Shown piece after piece: positions 51,010-60,752 of a DNA stretch of 64,000 nt (position 1 is the first letter of the stretch; every line of letters begins with the position of its first letter). This DNA is from Escherichia phage PSD2001. Location of the stretch: sequence record OK254198.1, one strand, 5' to 3'. The notes under the pieces were generated by a model. That model was not told where the DNA came from and made no database searches. It saw only the letters and a program-made list of their open reading frames with translations. A program made the translations under genes and the position numbers.

Positions 51010-51303
51010 ATTAAATTCTCTTTAAAATAGAATGCAGGACTTATTGGCATTGCCTGCGCAAGCCCTCGAAGGGAACATTAGGTTTCGGATATTTAACGAC
51101 AGGATAACCATAAACCTCGTCATCATACCAACCACGGCTTAGACAGATAACCTTTTTCTGACGCGTGATAGTACAAAATACATTCAAGAGGTACACCACA
51201 AAATTATCGGGGTCTAAAACTATAATGATTCGCAAATCATTAATCAGATAATTCGGTGGCTCCTCGATTTTAGCTCACACTAAGGTAGCGAATCACCTAC
51301 AGC

Positions 51304-51558
51304 TTACTTCAGGGTTACGACAAAATGACGAACAGCTTTACGGGCAGCAGATGCCAGCGGCTTAGCAAATTTCAGTTCATCTTTTGCTTCGAGCACAGCG
51401 CGAAGGTCGGTTTGAATCGGGTTAAGATGTTTGAAATACTGCAGAATTTCCAGTGCTTCGGCTTCAACATCAATAGATGCGCCATAGTTTTCGTGACCGT
51501 TATTCCATGCAGTGCGTTGCAGTTCAAGAGCGTGTTGTAATTGTTTGTTTAAAGACAT
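51304..51558 (-). CDS. rIII: Putative RIII lysis-inhibition accessory protein
   Basis: 84 aa from the internal ATG with GAGG RBS (T4 RIII is 82 aa); adjacent to gene 31 as in T4; assignment by position and size only. Confidence 0.5.
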   Translation of the reverse strand: MSLNKQLQHALELQRTAWNNGHENYGASIDVEAEALEILQYFKHLNPIQTDLRAVLEAKDELKFAKPLASAARKAVRHFVVTLK

Positions 51559-51712
51559 TTTAGAAGCCTCAATATGAGGTGAATATTTGGTGGACACGTT
51601 CTTCTGAATTTCACTTCCTTTCGGCAAGTCTCTCAGTTGTAGTCCACCGTTTAGGATTAGCTAACCCCATACACCAGCAAAGCTCTGTATGACATCAACC
51701 AATCCATATTAT

Positions 51713-51720
51713 TATTTATA
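51713..51720 (-). promoter_or_regulatory. Candidate late promoter (TATAAATA on the minus strand) in the rIII leader
   Basis: Minus strand GTTATAAATAAT just downstream of the gene 31 stop; could be fortuitous. Confidence 0.3.
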
Positions 51721-51729
51721 ACGCTAATT

Positions 51730-52077
51730 TTACTTATAAAGACAAGGAACAGCTTTATAATGACAGGTCACAAATTTCTGCTTAACTTCTTTAGCCTGCT
51801 TAAGTCCTAGAGCAACCAGAGGATGTGGAACGTTTGCAATCTTGCCAACCGGAAGAGGAGTCAAATCACCCACTTCACAGAAACCTTCAGGAACATCTGG
51901 ACCAACCGAAAATACTTCACACATCTCTGGGATTTCACCCTGATGGAGTTTTCCGATAACGATACCTGATGCCGTAGTTTCTTCATCACCAGCTTGCTTT
52001 GGCTCAGAAACCAAAATAATATATTCACCTACTGCTTTAATTGGTAATTCCATATTTAATCCATGTTGTTTGGTCAT
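51730..52077 (-). CDS. 31: Co-chaperonin for GroEL gp31
   Basis: 115 aa; [21 protein letters not shown] and C-terminal [16 protein letters not shown] match T4 gp31; start could instead be the internal Met 9. Confidence 0.88.
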   Translation of the reverse strand: MTKQHGLNMELPIKAVGEYIILVSEPKQAGDEETTASGIVIGKLHQGEIPEMCEVFSVGPDVPEGFCEVGDLTPLPVGKIANVPHPLVALGLKQAKEVKQKFVTCHYKAVPCLYK

Positions 52078-52108
52078 GTATTAATAATAACACGCACCGT
52101 TTGAAGCA

Positions 52109-52408
52109 TTAAAGGACAAGCAGAGTCTCGGTCTGTAGCCCATTCACGGAAATCAATTTATTGAAACAGAATGAACGCCATTCATTAAGCTTGGTATCAA
52201 ATACCCGGATATAGCTAACTGGTTCTTTATTGACTTCTGGTCCAGGGGCCTGGATTTCTTTATACGGTAGCAGGTCCAGGTCGCGAGTACAAGTCATACG
52301 ACGGATGCTACCATCTGCTTTTTCAAACAGAACTTCGTGAAAACCAACAGACAAAATAGTCTTGACTTTTTCGCGAAGGCGAATTGTTTCTTGTTCAGTT
52401 AAAATCAT
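52109..52408 (-). CDS. Hypothetical protein (31.1 position)
   Basis: 99-aa ATG-initiated ORF. Confidence 0.5.
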   Translation of the reverse strand: MILTEQETIRLREKVKTILSVGFHEVLFEKADGSIRRMTCTRDLDLLPYKEIQAPGPEVNKEPVSYIRVFDTKLNEWRSFCFNKLISVNGLQTETLLVL

Positions 52409-52410
52409 AA

Positions 52411-52644
52411 TTATTCCAGAATAGTTTTGATAGTGGTTGCATTACGCTCTTTTAGAGCTCTTAATAGGCTATGACAATTATCAAGAATAGGCACCGTTTT
52501 ATATTTCATTTCGGCGCGAACCCACTCGGATTTATAGTACGATTTCCAACGAGAGAAAAAGTACTTTTTATATTCTACTGAAAAGGCTACCAGGTTTTCA
52601 CCTTTTGAGTTCAGACCTGAAAACTTAACTAGACGAAATTTCAT
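52411..52644 (-). CDS. Hypothetical protein (31.2 position)
   Basis: 77-aa ATG-initiated ORF with 3-nt spacing to its neighbours. Confidence 0.5.
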   Translation of the reverse strand: MKFRLVKFSGLNSKGENLVAFSVEYKKYFFSRWKSYYKSEWVRAEMKYKTVPILDNCHSLLRALKERNATTIKTILE

Positions 52645-53225
52645 TATTCACCACAAAATTCGTTAATGTTTTCCCAGTTCAATTTGTCTAGACTACGCTT
52701 AGGCACATTGAACACCTCAATTCCCGCGTTCTTCAGGATATCATCCCAACCAGGAATATTCTTATCATACGTTTCACAGTAAACCAATTTCTTGATTCCT
52801 GATTGAGAAATTGCCTTTGCACAATCAGGGCAAGGAGAAAGCGTCACATACATAGTAGCGCCTTCAATTGACGAACCCATTCTGGCAGCGAACAGAATCG
52901 CATTAAGCTCGGCATGAATTTCGTTGTTCTTTGACCAGGCCGAATGAGCTTCGCGATGAGCTTTCGCCAATACAAAACGGTCAACCTGACTGAATCTCAC
53001 GCATTCTGGCTTATGACCAGGGATGAGAACAGGTTTAGGTTTATTCAGTAACCAACCTTGCTCTTCCGCATGCTCGCAACAGTTAACCCCACCTGCAGGG
53101 GAACCATTATACCCTGTAGAAATAATGCGGCCATTCTTTTCAATAACAGCTCCCACTTTCCAGGAGCAACATTTGGATTCTTGAGATACAAGGTATGCGA
53201 TTTGCAGAACAGTAGTTGGTTTCAT
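52644..53225 (-). CDS. cd: dCMP deaminase
   Basis: 193 aa; zinc-binding motifs HAELNAI and PCPDCAKAI typical of the cytidine/deoxycytidylate deaminase family. Confidence 0.88.
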   Translation of the reverse strand: MKPTTVLQIAYLVSQESKCCSWKVGAVIEKNGRIISTGYNGSPAGGVNCCEHAEEQGWLLNKPKPVLIPGHKPECVRFSQVDRFVLAKAHREAHSAWSKNNEIHAELNAILFAARMGSSIEGATMYVTLSPCPDCAKAISQSGIKKLVYCETYDKNIPGWDDILKNAGIEVFNVPKRSLDKLNWENINEFCGE

Positions 53226-53561
53226 TTACATCACCACAAGATAATTGGTTTTAATAGTTTCAACACGATATAATTCATGTCGCAATTTAGTAATGCTCTT
53301 AACATGTGTTGTAATTATACTATCACCATCACTGAAGCGTTTTTTCTTATCGCCAAAAATCACCCCAAACATTCGCTCACCAATTTCTACAGGAGCTTCT
53401 GTGATAACAACCGCATCATAATTACTTGGGTGAATACTTTTAAACAGAGCATCATTCGCAAGTGTTACTTTGATAAATGCAGCTGTCTCCGGGTCCAACT
53501 TACGATGGTCGCCCAAATCATTTTTAAGGGCTTCTTTGAAAATATCCATTAAATTCATCAT
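53226..53561 (-). CDS. Hypothetical protein (cd.1 position)
   Basis: 111-aa ORF abutting cd. Confidence 0.5.
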   Translation of the reverse strand: MMNLMDIFKEALKNDLGDHRKLDPETAAFIKVTLANDALFKSIHPSNYDAVVITEAPVEIGERMFGVIFGDKKKRFSDGDSIITTHVKSITKLRHELYRVETIKTNYLVVM

Positions 53562-53803
53562 TGAATATACACTCGCTGCGCTTCAACCAGACCATCAGAA
53601 CCCAATTTCAGTTGGGTCAACTGGTCACCACCCTTTAGAGTAATTTTCGGATTAATGACAATCATAAAACTGCGTGCAGATTCCTGAATAACTTGCAAAG
53701 TCGCAGCAGGGAATCGCTGTGATACACGGTTAATCATCTCTTGAGCAAATGCCTTCACTTTTTCGTGAAACTCTTCAACAGTAATTGGGGTTTCGCTAAG
53801 CAT
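53558..53803 (-). CDS. Hypothetical protein (cd.2 position)
   Basis: 81-aa ORF with 4-nt overlap. Confidence 0.5.
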   Translation of the reverse strand: MLSETPITVEEFHEKVKAFAQEMINRVSQRFPAATLQVIQESARSFMIVINPKITLKGGDQLTQLKLGSDGLVEAQRVYIQ

Positions 53804-54345
53804 CAGATTGTCTCCTGTTTAACTTGTTTAACGATAGAAGCTTTTGTGATATCGCCTTTGATAATATAGCAATCTTCTGCAGTACCACGGTTTAACAAAC
53901 GCTCGGCTTCGCCTTCTGCGTGTTCTTTTGACACATGACGAGAGTTAATCTCAATCTTGCCATTTTTAACCACAAGCAATTTCCAAACTGATGCAAGTTT
54001 TACTGGCACAGGTTCAACTTCTGGCTTAACACCAACTTCTACCTGGATGAAATATTCAAATTCATCTGACAATGGACCAACAGAAACAAACATTGCCCCA
54101 TGATGCCTGTTTTCTGCACCAGATATTTTTGCCAAATCCACAAAATTCTTTTCATCAATCAAACGAATCTCACAAACTTTTCTTCCACCGCTAGCAGTAT
54201 CAGGGACAATCTTAACTTCAAACGGAGTCATACCGATGTATTTGGCAATTTGGTAATTAGCTGCCCAGCCTCCGGCAATAAACTGTTTTTTGGCATTTTC
54301 AGACGTGAACTTGTAAAACTTACCTTCTTCAAAGAAATTGCTCAT
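53803..54345 (-). CDS. Hypothetical protein (cd.3 position)
   Basis: 180-aa ORF; no motif recognised. Confidence 0.5.
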   Translation of the reverse strand: MSNFFEEGKFYKFTSENAKKQFIAGGWAANYQIAKYIGMTPFEVKIVPDTASGGRKVCEIRLIDEKNFVDLAKISGAENRHHGAMFVSVGPLSDEFEYFIQVEVGVKPEVEPVPVKLASVWKLLVVKNGKIEINSRHVSKEHAEGEAERLLNRGTAEDCYIIKGDITKASIVKQVKQETI

Positions 54346-54405
54346 TTTGTTTTCCTCATGTGTTGATAAAATTCATTATACACCATCCGTGGTGAAAGTA
54401 AACAC

Positions 54406-54684
54406 TTAAATTGCTTCGACAACTACCGTTTGTTTCTGGAAGTCCATTTTGCATGAAATAGCTAAAATGTGGTTATCAATTTTAAACGGAACAATTGCAA
54501 ATGCTGCACCAGGTGTGAGTTGAACAGTGATTGCATCAACTGCATCCGGGAACATGATTTCCAGAATAGCAGACAAACGACCATGCACCTTTAGTTCAGT
54601 CGACGTGTCGACGCTTTCGTATAGATAATCAGATGCAATCTGACTAAAAACTACTTTAACAATTTCAGAATATGTAGGAAACAT
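54406..54684 (-). CDS. Hypothetical protein (cd.4 position)
   Basis: 92-aa ORF downstream of a middle-promoter-like element. Confidence 0.5.
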   Translation of the reverse strand: MFPTYSEIVKVVFSQIASDYLYESVDTSTELKVHGRLSAILEIMFPDAVDAITVQLTPGAAFAIVPFKIDNHILAISCKMDFQKQTVVVEAI

Positions 54685-54730
54685 TTCTTTTCTCGCTTAG
54701 TTATTGGGGTATCCAAAGGACCTAGACCCC

Positions 54731-54757
54731 ATTATACCATAAAATTTTTAAAGCGTT
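54731..54757 (-). promoter_or_regulatory. Middle-promoter-like element (AACGCTTTA box, 12 nt, TATAAT)
   Basis: Minus strand AACGCTTTAaaaattttatggTATAATGGGGTCTAGGTCC; the box has CGCTT rather than the TGCTT consensus. Confidence 0.4.
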
Positions 54758-54971
54758 AATGAACGGTATGCACCTTGACATTAACGATAAATCGGTCAAT
54801 GACTTCAGTCAGCGGAACGAATTCAACATAATATTCGCCCTTGTATCGTTCGTTGATATCATTGCGCAGTGCAGCCAGGTTGTTGATAAGAGCAGGAGAC
54901 ATATTCTGCCCTACCAGTTTCTGAAGCTCTTTATAAGCTTCTTCTTCAACTTCATGGTGTTTGTTATACAT
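54756..54971 (-). CDS. Hypothetical protein (cd.5 position)
   Basis: 71-aa ATG-initiated ORF. Confidence 0.45.
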   Translation of the reverse strand: MYNKHHEVEEEAYKELQKLVGQNMSPALINNLAALRNDINERYKGEYYVEFVPLTEVIDRFIVNVKVHTVH

Positions 54972-55173
54972 AATGTTCTTCCAAGAAGGCTAAGAGTTCT
55001 GGAGCGGATTTAAAGATACCGCCATCGACCTTGTCTTCATCTTTATAGTCCATTACATCCAGGCCAATACGTCCATCGGTTAAAGGCCATACGCCGAAGA
55101 AAAAGCATTTACGTTTTTCAATCTCTTCGATTGTACGAAAAATCTTTTCGATATTATTCATAGGGTTCCACAT
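54964..55173 (-). CDS. Hypothetical small protein (start uncertain)
   Basis: ORF open to 55218, but that ATG overlaps the RBS of the plus-strand HNH gene; internal ATG at 55173 preferred. Confidence 0.3.
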   Translation of the reverse strand: MWNPMNNIEKIFRTIEEIEKRKCFFFGVWPLTDGRIGLDVMDYKDEDKVDGGIFKSAPELLAFLEEHYV

Positions 55174-55187
55174 CTCCACTACTTGAG

Positions 55188-55195
55188 TATAAATA
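55188..55195 (+). promoter_or_regulatory. T4-type late promoter (TATAAATA) for the HNH endonuclease gene
   Basis: Exact TATAAATA followed by AAAGAGGA RBS and ATG at 55222. Confidence 0.5.
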
Positions 55196-55221
55196 TAGTA
55201 TATCACCAAAGAGGACATACA

Positions 55222-57079
<1,858 letters not shown>

Positions 57080-57083
<4 letters not shown>

Positions 57084-57562
57084 ACGCCAAGCTCCTTATA
57101 AAGTTCTTCGCGACAGGTTTTAAGGATTTTACCAGTTTCATAAGCATCACTTTCAGAAACATCACCAAGTGCAGCGGCAGATTGCATTTGACCATGGCGT
57201 TTAGCTGCATATTCAAAACTTTTTACTAGCTCACGAATACGTTCTTTTTCATTGTATTCTTCAATAAATTCTGGGTATTCCCAAACAGGTCGCATCATAC
57301 GATACCAATGCTGAATAGTAATATAATTACTTCCATCCAGATTAATAATTTGCGAAGGCTTAATAGCGCCCGGAGCATAAAAAGTTACCTGTCTTACTAC
57401 ATCAATACCGTCCACCATAGCCCAAGCAAAATCAAAAGTTGCCTTCTTTTCAATTGGTGTACTTGCGCAGGACCCTAATTTTAAGAGCTTTTGTAATGCA
57501 GGGGATTTAACACCTGAAATGTATTCAGGATTAGATACAAAAGAATTGTCACGTAAAGTCAT
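57080..57562 (-). CDS. Hypothetical protein
   Basis: 160 aa from the ATG at 57562 with GAGGAA RBS; the track's upstream start lies in the promoter. Confidence 0.5.
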
Positions 57563-57596
57563 AATAATTTCCTCAAATTTTATAATCCGTGGGAAC

Positions 57597-57626
57597 ATTA
57601 TACTCTGCTCCCATGAGTTTGTACAC
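57597..57626 (-). promoter_or_regulatory. Early-type promoter (GTGTAC, 18 nt, TATAAT)
   Basis: Minus strand GTGTACaaactcatgggagcagagTATAATGTTCCC. Confidence 0.4.
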
Positions 57627-57729
57627 TACTTTCCAAAAAGACCTTGGACACATAAAGTGGCCGCAATTCCAAAACAAAAACAGAATGCACCAAATCTAAC
57701 AATATCCCAACCAAGGCTACAGGTCTCTA

Positions 57730-58020
57730 TCATTTGCAACGTTCCTCTTTTAGTTCAGAACGATAATAGCATAACATACCTTTTTGGTCATGTACATATC
57801 TTTTTACATCATTCATCCAAATCCTGAATTCTTGCGATGCTTCAAAAGGCATACCAACCCAGGCTTGACCCTCAATTACCTTCACTTCCCATTGCTGCTT
57901 ATAATCAGCCAATGCAACAGGCCAATTAGGATGAACTTGAATTGTGGGCTCCACAACGGGCTTCTGGGCGCATGAAACGAGTCCAATAGCCAAACATACT
58001 GCCATGATAGATTTCATCAT
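57730..58020 (-). CDS. Outer-membrane spanin (o-spanin) lipoprotein (pseT.2 position)
   Basis: 96 aa; signal peptide with lipobox GLVSC; overlaps the i-spanin gene by 4 nt. Confidence 0.7.
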   Translation of the reverse strand: MMKSIMAVCLAIGLVSCAQKPVVEPTIQVHPNWPVALADYKQQWEVKVIEGQAWVGMPFEASQEFRIWMNDVKRYVHDQKGMLCYYRSELKEERCK

Positions 58021-58370
58021 TTGGTGAGCTCCTGGAAGTCCTGTGCGAACTTATCAAAAGACTGATTAATCTGTTTTTCAACTAATTTAGGCTTCGCGGC
58101 CACAACCTTAGTGCGTTTTGCATCTGCACGGAGTTTATCATTTTCCTTCTGCAGGTGTTCAACATATTCCTGACGTTCCTGGTCAAGGAGATTAATTTGA
58201 TTAATCTGGTCTTTTACTGATTGCAGATTTTTCGCGTTATCTTCTGCAACTTTGGTGACTTCCGCCACCGCTGTCTTGAGATTATCCACTTTTGCTTTTA
58301 GATAGAAACCACTACCAGCAGTTACTACCAGGGCGAGCATAAGCCCTGCAGTGAGATTACTTATTTGCAT
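58017..58370 (-). CDS. Inner-membrane spanin (i-spanin) (pseT.3 position)
   Basis: 117 aa; N-terminal TM helix followed by a charged coiled-coil domain. Confidence 0.7.
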   Translation of the reverse strand: MQISNLTAGLMLALVVTAGSGFYLKAKVDNLKTAVAEVTKVAEDNAKNLQSVKDQINQINLLDQERQEYVEHLQKENDKLRADAKRTKVVAAKPKLVEKQINQSFDKFAQDFQELTK

Positions 58371-58864
58371 AACTTGATGATTACCTCAACAATATCATCC
58401 TGGGATAAACCATTCAGGAGGATGTGATTTGTACTGTCAGATGCTGAAATGCGGAACTGATTACCAACTTCATCCGCCATATCATCCTGGGTCAACACTG
58501 GGTGTTTAATTCCCAGACGGTGTTGAAGTGTCAGGGGTTCAACCACAACATAACAAACACATCCATTGATATGCACATTAGGTTGGGTCTGATTGATGAA
58601 CACTTCTGCATCATATTTAACCAAATGGTTCTTTAAGAAGTCAACCATTTCAGGAACAGATTCATGCAGTGCTTCTTTCCGCTCTTCTGATTTTTTATCA
58701 CGATATTCTTTTTGTTTCGCCTTCAACTTTTTATCGGAGGCGAGTTTTTTCCGCAAGTCAGTCATGAGACCAATTTTCTTGGTCCCTTTATAGACATAAA
58801 TTCCGTCATGACGGTCACCATATTCATTGACAATCATTTCATTTGAAATCAGTTGCATATCCAT
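58361..58864 (-). CDS. alc: Alc-like protein (assigned by position and size)
   Basis: 167 aa from the ATG at 58864 with GAGGA RBS, same length as T4 Alc; lies between the spanin pair and rnlA. Confidence 0.45.
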   Translation of the reverse strand: MDMQLISNEMIVNEYGDRHDGIYVYKGTKKIGLMTDLRKKLASDKKLKAKQKEYRDKKSEERKEALHESVPEMVDFLKNHLVKYDAEVFINQTQPNVHINGCVCYVVVEPLTLQHRLGIKHPVLTQDDMADEVGNQFRISASDSTNHILLNGLSQDDIVEVIIKLCK

Positions 58865-58877
58865 AATATTTTCCTCA

Positions 58878-59111
58878 TTAGTAGCGGTTGTAACCCCGGG
58901 GACCAAAAGAGTTGGCACCCAGGCGTTCATCTTTCTTTTTGGCTCTTGCTCTAAACCCAGAATCACCTGTTTGAGCTTTCAGTTCTTTTAACAATTTGGC
59001 CTTCAGGTCAGTAATGAAACCAATCCGGCGGTCTCCCTTGTAGACATAGATTCCGTCATTACTGTCACCATATGCCTGTGTAACTCTTTCATTTGTAATT
59101 AAGTTTAACAT
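58878..59111 (-). CDS. Hypothetical 77-aa protein paralogous to the N-terminal domain of the Alc-like protein
   Basis: Shares L..NE.V...YGD..DGIYVYKG...IG..TDL..KL with the downstream gene. Confidence 0.5.
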   Translation of the reverse strand: MLNLITNERVTQAYGDSNDGIYVYKGDRRIGFITDLKAKLLKELKAQTGDSGFRARAKKKDERLGANSFGPRGYNRY

Positions 59112-59142
59112 GTTTTAGTCCTCATCAGTAGTTGATGGAACC

Positions 59143-59172
59143 ATTATGTATAGAAAGGAGGGGCTTGTACAC
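59143..59172 (-). promoter_or_regulatory. Early-type promoter (GTGTAC, 18 nt, CATAAT) with its -35 in a terminator hairpin loop
   Basis: Minus strand GGGGTGTACAAGCCCCtcctttctataCATAATGGTTCC. Confidence 0.4.
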
Positions 59173-59181
59173 CCCTTTTTT
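59160..59181. terminator. GC hairpin (GGGG CTTGTACA CCCC) with T-run after rnlA
   Basis: 4-bp GC stem; the T-run (TTTTTT) is on the plus strand, A/G-rich on the other side. Confidence 0.4.
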
Positions 59182-59182
59182 A

Positions 59183-60319
59183 TTATTCAGGAAGGATTAC
59201 TTCCGCTTGGTAGTCCGACGGAATGTAAAGTTTATGATTTTTAAGGAAAACTTTATTGATTTGAGCAATCGTTTGTTCAGTTTCCTGTGGGCGTTGATAG
59301 GTGTTCATTAATACGGAGAACAATCCCGGGTATGGTTTGCACAACTCTTGACCTTTAATCGCAAACTCGCGCCGGTCTTTTCCTGCCAGTTGTTTCTGAG
59401 CATCAAGCAACAATCCCAATGTATTGGACAGATAATCCAGATGCGTTACAGTAAAGGCATTAACTTTTTCGCGAGCATAAGTATCGCCAGTAAACATGGC
59501 AATAACATCATCTGCCCCGCCAGCAACAACAACTTCAAACAGTCGCTCATTATTATTAATGGAGTCTTTAGTATGATGCAGAGCACAATACCATTCTGTT
59601 TTCATCTTGAACTTCTGACCACTTGCCAGCTCATAGACGAAGCCTTCAATCTCTTTCATACCACGAACATTCTCAATGCTCGCCGGGTCATATGCTTCAA
59701 CCAGGAAAGGACGGAGCGCAGCATCTTTGAACAGTTCCTGATAAGGAATATATTCACCAGTTTCATTATGGCGAACGTTCAGTAAAATCAGGTCACGTTC
59801 CAGGTAAGGCAAAACAATGCGGTTGGTTGGTGCAACATATTCCATATTGCATGTATAACCAGCTTCAGTGATTTCAGTTACGCGAGCCCTGAATGCACTG
59901 CGATGCTCTTGTTTAAACACCTGCAAGGATTCAGCAGCTTGGGAGCTTTTGATTGACCCTTTGGATTTAAAGGCGATATTAGTCTGGTCCATATAAGTAG
60001 AAACCAAGCTACCATCAGCTTTTGCAGTAACCAGGACAACCTCATCAAGGTTAAGGTCCATGGTCATTGGATTCTCACCCAGATTAAAGAATTTTTCCAT
60101 AGGACGGGCGGCAATGCGAACTGGACCATTGTCATCCATTTCAAACATAATGCCACGACACTCCAGCGCATCATCAAGAAGCCAATCACTATAGGAAGCA
60201 TAGTTATAGCTAAAGATGCGGAACTTAGTTTCAAATGGAGAAACAAAATCCGTATAGAAAAACTTACCTTTATCGGATTCGGCGCAAAGCTTCATTAAGT
60301 TATCATATAATTCAATCAT
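59183..60319 (-). CDS. rnlA: RNA ligase 1
   Basis: 378 aa vs 374 aa in T4; position between alc and denA. Confidence 0.85.
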   Translation of the reverse strand: MIELYDNLMKLCAESDKGKFFYTDFVSPFETKFRIFSYNYASYSDWLLDDALECRGIMFEMDDNGPVRIAARPMEKFFNLGENPMTMDLNLDEVVLVTAKADGSLVSTYMDQTNIAFKSKGSIKSSQAAESLQVFKQEHRSAFRARVTEITEAGYTCNMEYVAPTNRIVLPYLERDLILLNVRHNETGEYIPYQELFKDAALRPFLVEAYDPASIENVRGMKEIEGFVYELASGQKFKMKTEWYCALHHTKDSINNNERLFEVVVAGGADDVIAMFTGDTYAREKVNAFTVTHLDYLSNTLGLLLDAQKQLAGKDRREFAIKGQELCKPYPGLFSVLMNTYQRPQETEQTIAQINKVFLKNHKLYIPSDYQAEVILPE

Positions 60320-60726
60320 TTCTTCACCTTATGTTGGTAATTCCACGGGGGATTAAAAAGCTTGATGAACATCGGCTCTTCCAGAGACATCGTTTCGACT
60401 GACATTGTGCCAAGTTCATTGGTCATTGACAGATTGAAACATTGTCGTGCATAGAATACCACCTTTTTACCTTCTTGTAAAGCTTCATGTATCATCCGGG
60501 ATTTGTTTGAATCGCTCGTCTGGTCGATTCGGTTAATCGCAGTCCGGTAATAGTTGATACGCTTCTTAAGGTTGTTCGTCTTACCAATATACACTAGTTC
60601 ATCATCAACTGAAATAGCATAGATAACATTTTTCTTGTTCGCGAGAGTAAGAATAGGGATTTTACCATCGACTAACTCTAACTCCGCGTATTTTATAAAA
60701 CTGTATTCATCAGCGATTTGTTTCAT
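60316..60726 (-). CDS. denA: Endonuclease II (GIY-YIG family)
   Basis: 136 aa from ATG at 60726, same length as T4 EndoII; GIY-YIG-like VIYAISVDDELVYIGKTNN; the track start at 60732 is TTG. Confidence 0.85.
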   Translation of the reverse strand: MKQIADEYSFIKYAELELVDGKIPILTLANKKNVIYAISVDDELVYIGKTNNLKKRINYYRTAINRIDQTSDSNKSRMIHEALQEGKKVVFYARQCFNLSMTNELGTMSVETMSLEEPMFIKLFNPPWNYQHKVKK

Positions 60727-60735
60727 GGGCAAAAA

Positions 60736-60750
60736 GGGCCGAAGCCCTTT
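60736..60750 (-). terminator. Hairpin terminator between nrdB and denA
   Basis: Minus strand GGGCTTCGGCCC followed by TTTTTGCCC immediately before the denA ATG. Confidence 0.5.
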
Positions 60751-60752
60751 CC

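Noticed and set aside
51041-51235. 64-codon minus-strand ORF between the 53-aa gene and rIII
   Set aside because: Its only possible start is TTG, and that codon overlaps a promoter-like TATAAT/TAGACCCC motif; not called as a CDS, but the region is kept as a finding because it is otherwise unexplained.
58890-58940. Possible GIY-YIG nuclease motif (DGIYVYKG ... KIG) in the Alc-like paralogs
   Set aside because: Only the GIY half is present, with no YIG, Arg or Glu catalytic positions at the expected spacing; treated as coincidental.
58861-58966. N-terminal extension of the Alc-like ORF (track start at 58966)
   Set aside because: The extension overlaps the upstream 77-aa gene and has no RBS; the ATG at 58864 has a GAGGA RBS and gives the T4 Alc length of 167 aa. 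Similar N-terminal extensions were trimmed for wac, 19, uvsW, uvsY, 26, 30, denA and others where the extension lies in a promoter or begins with GTG/TTG.
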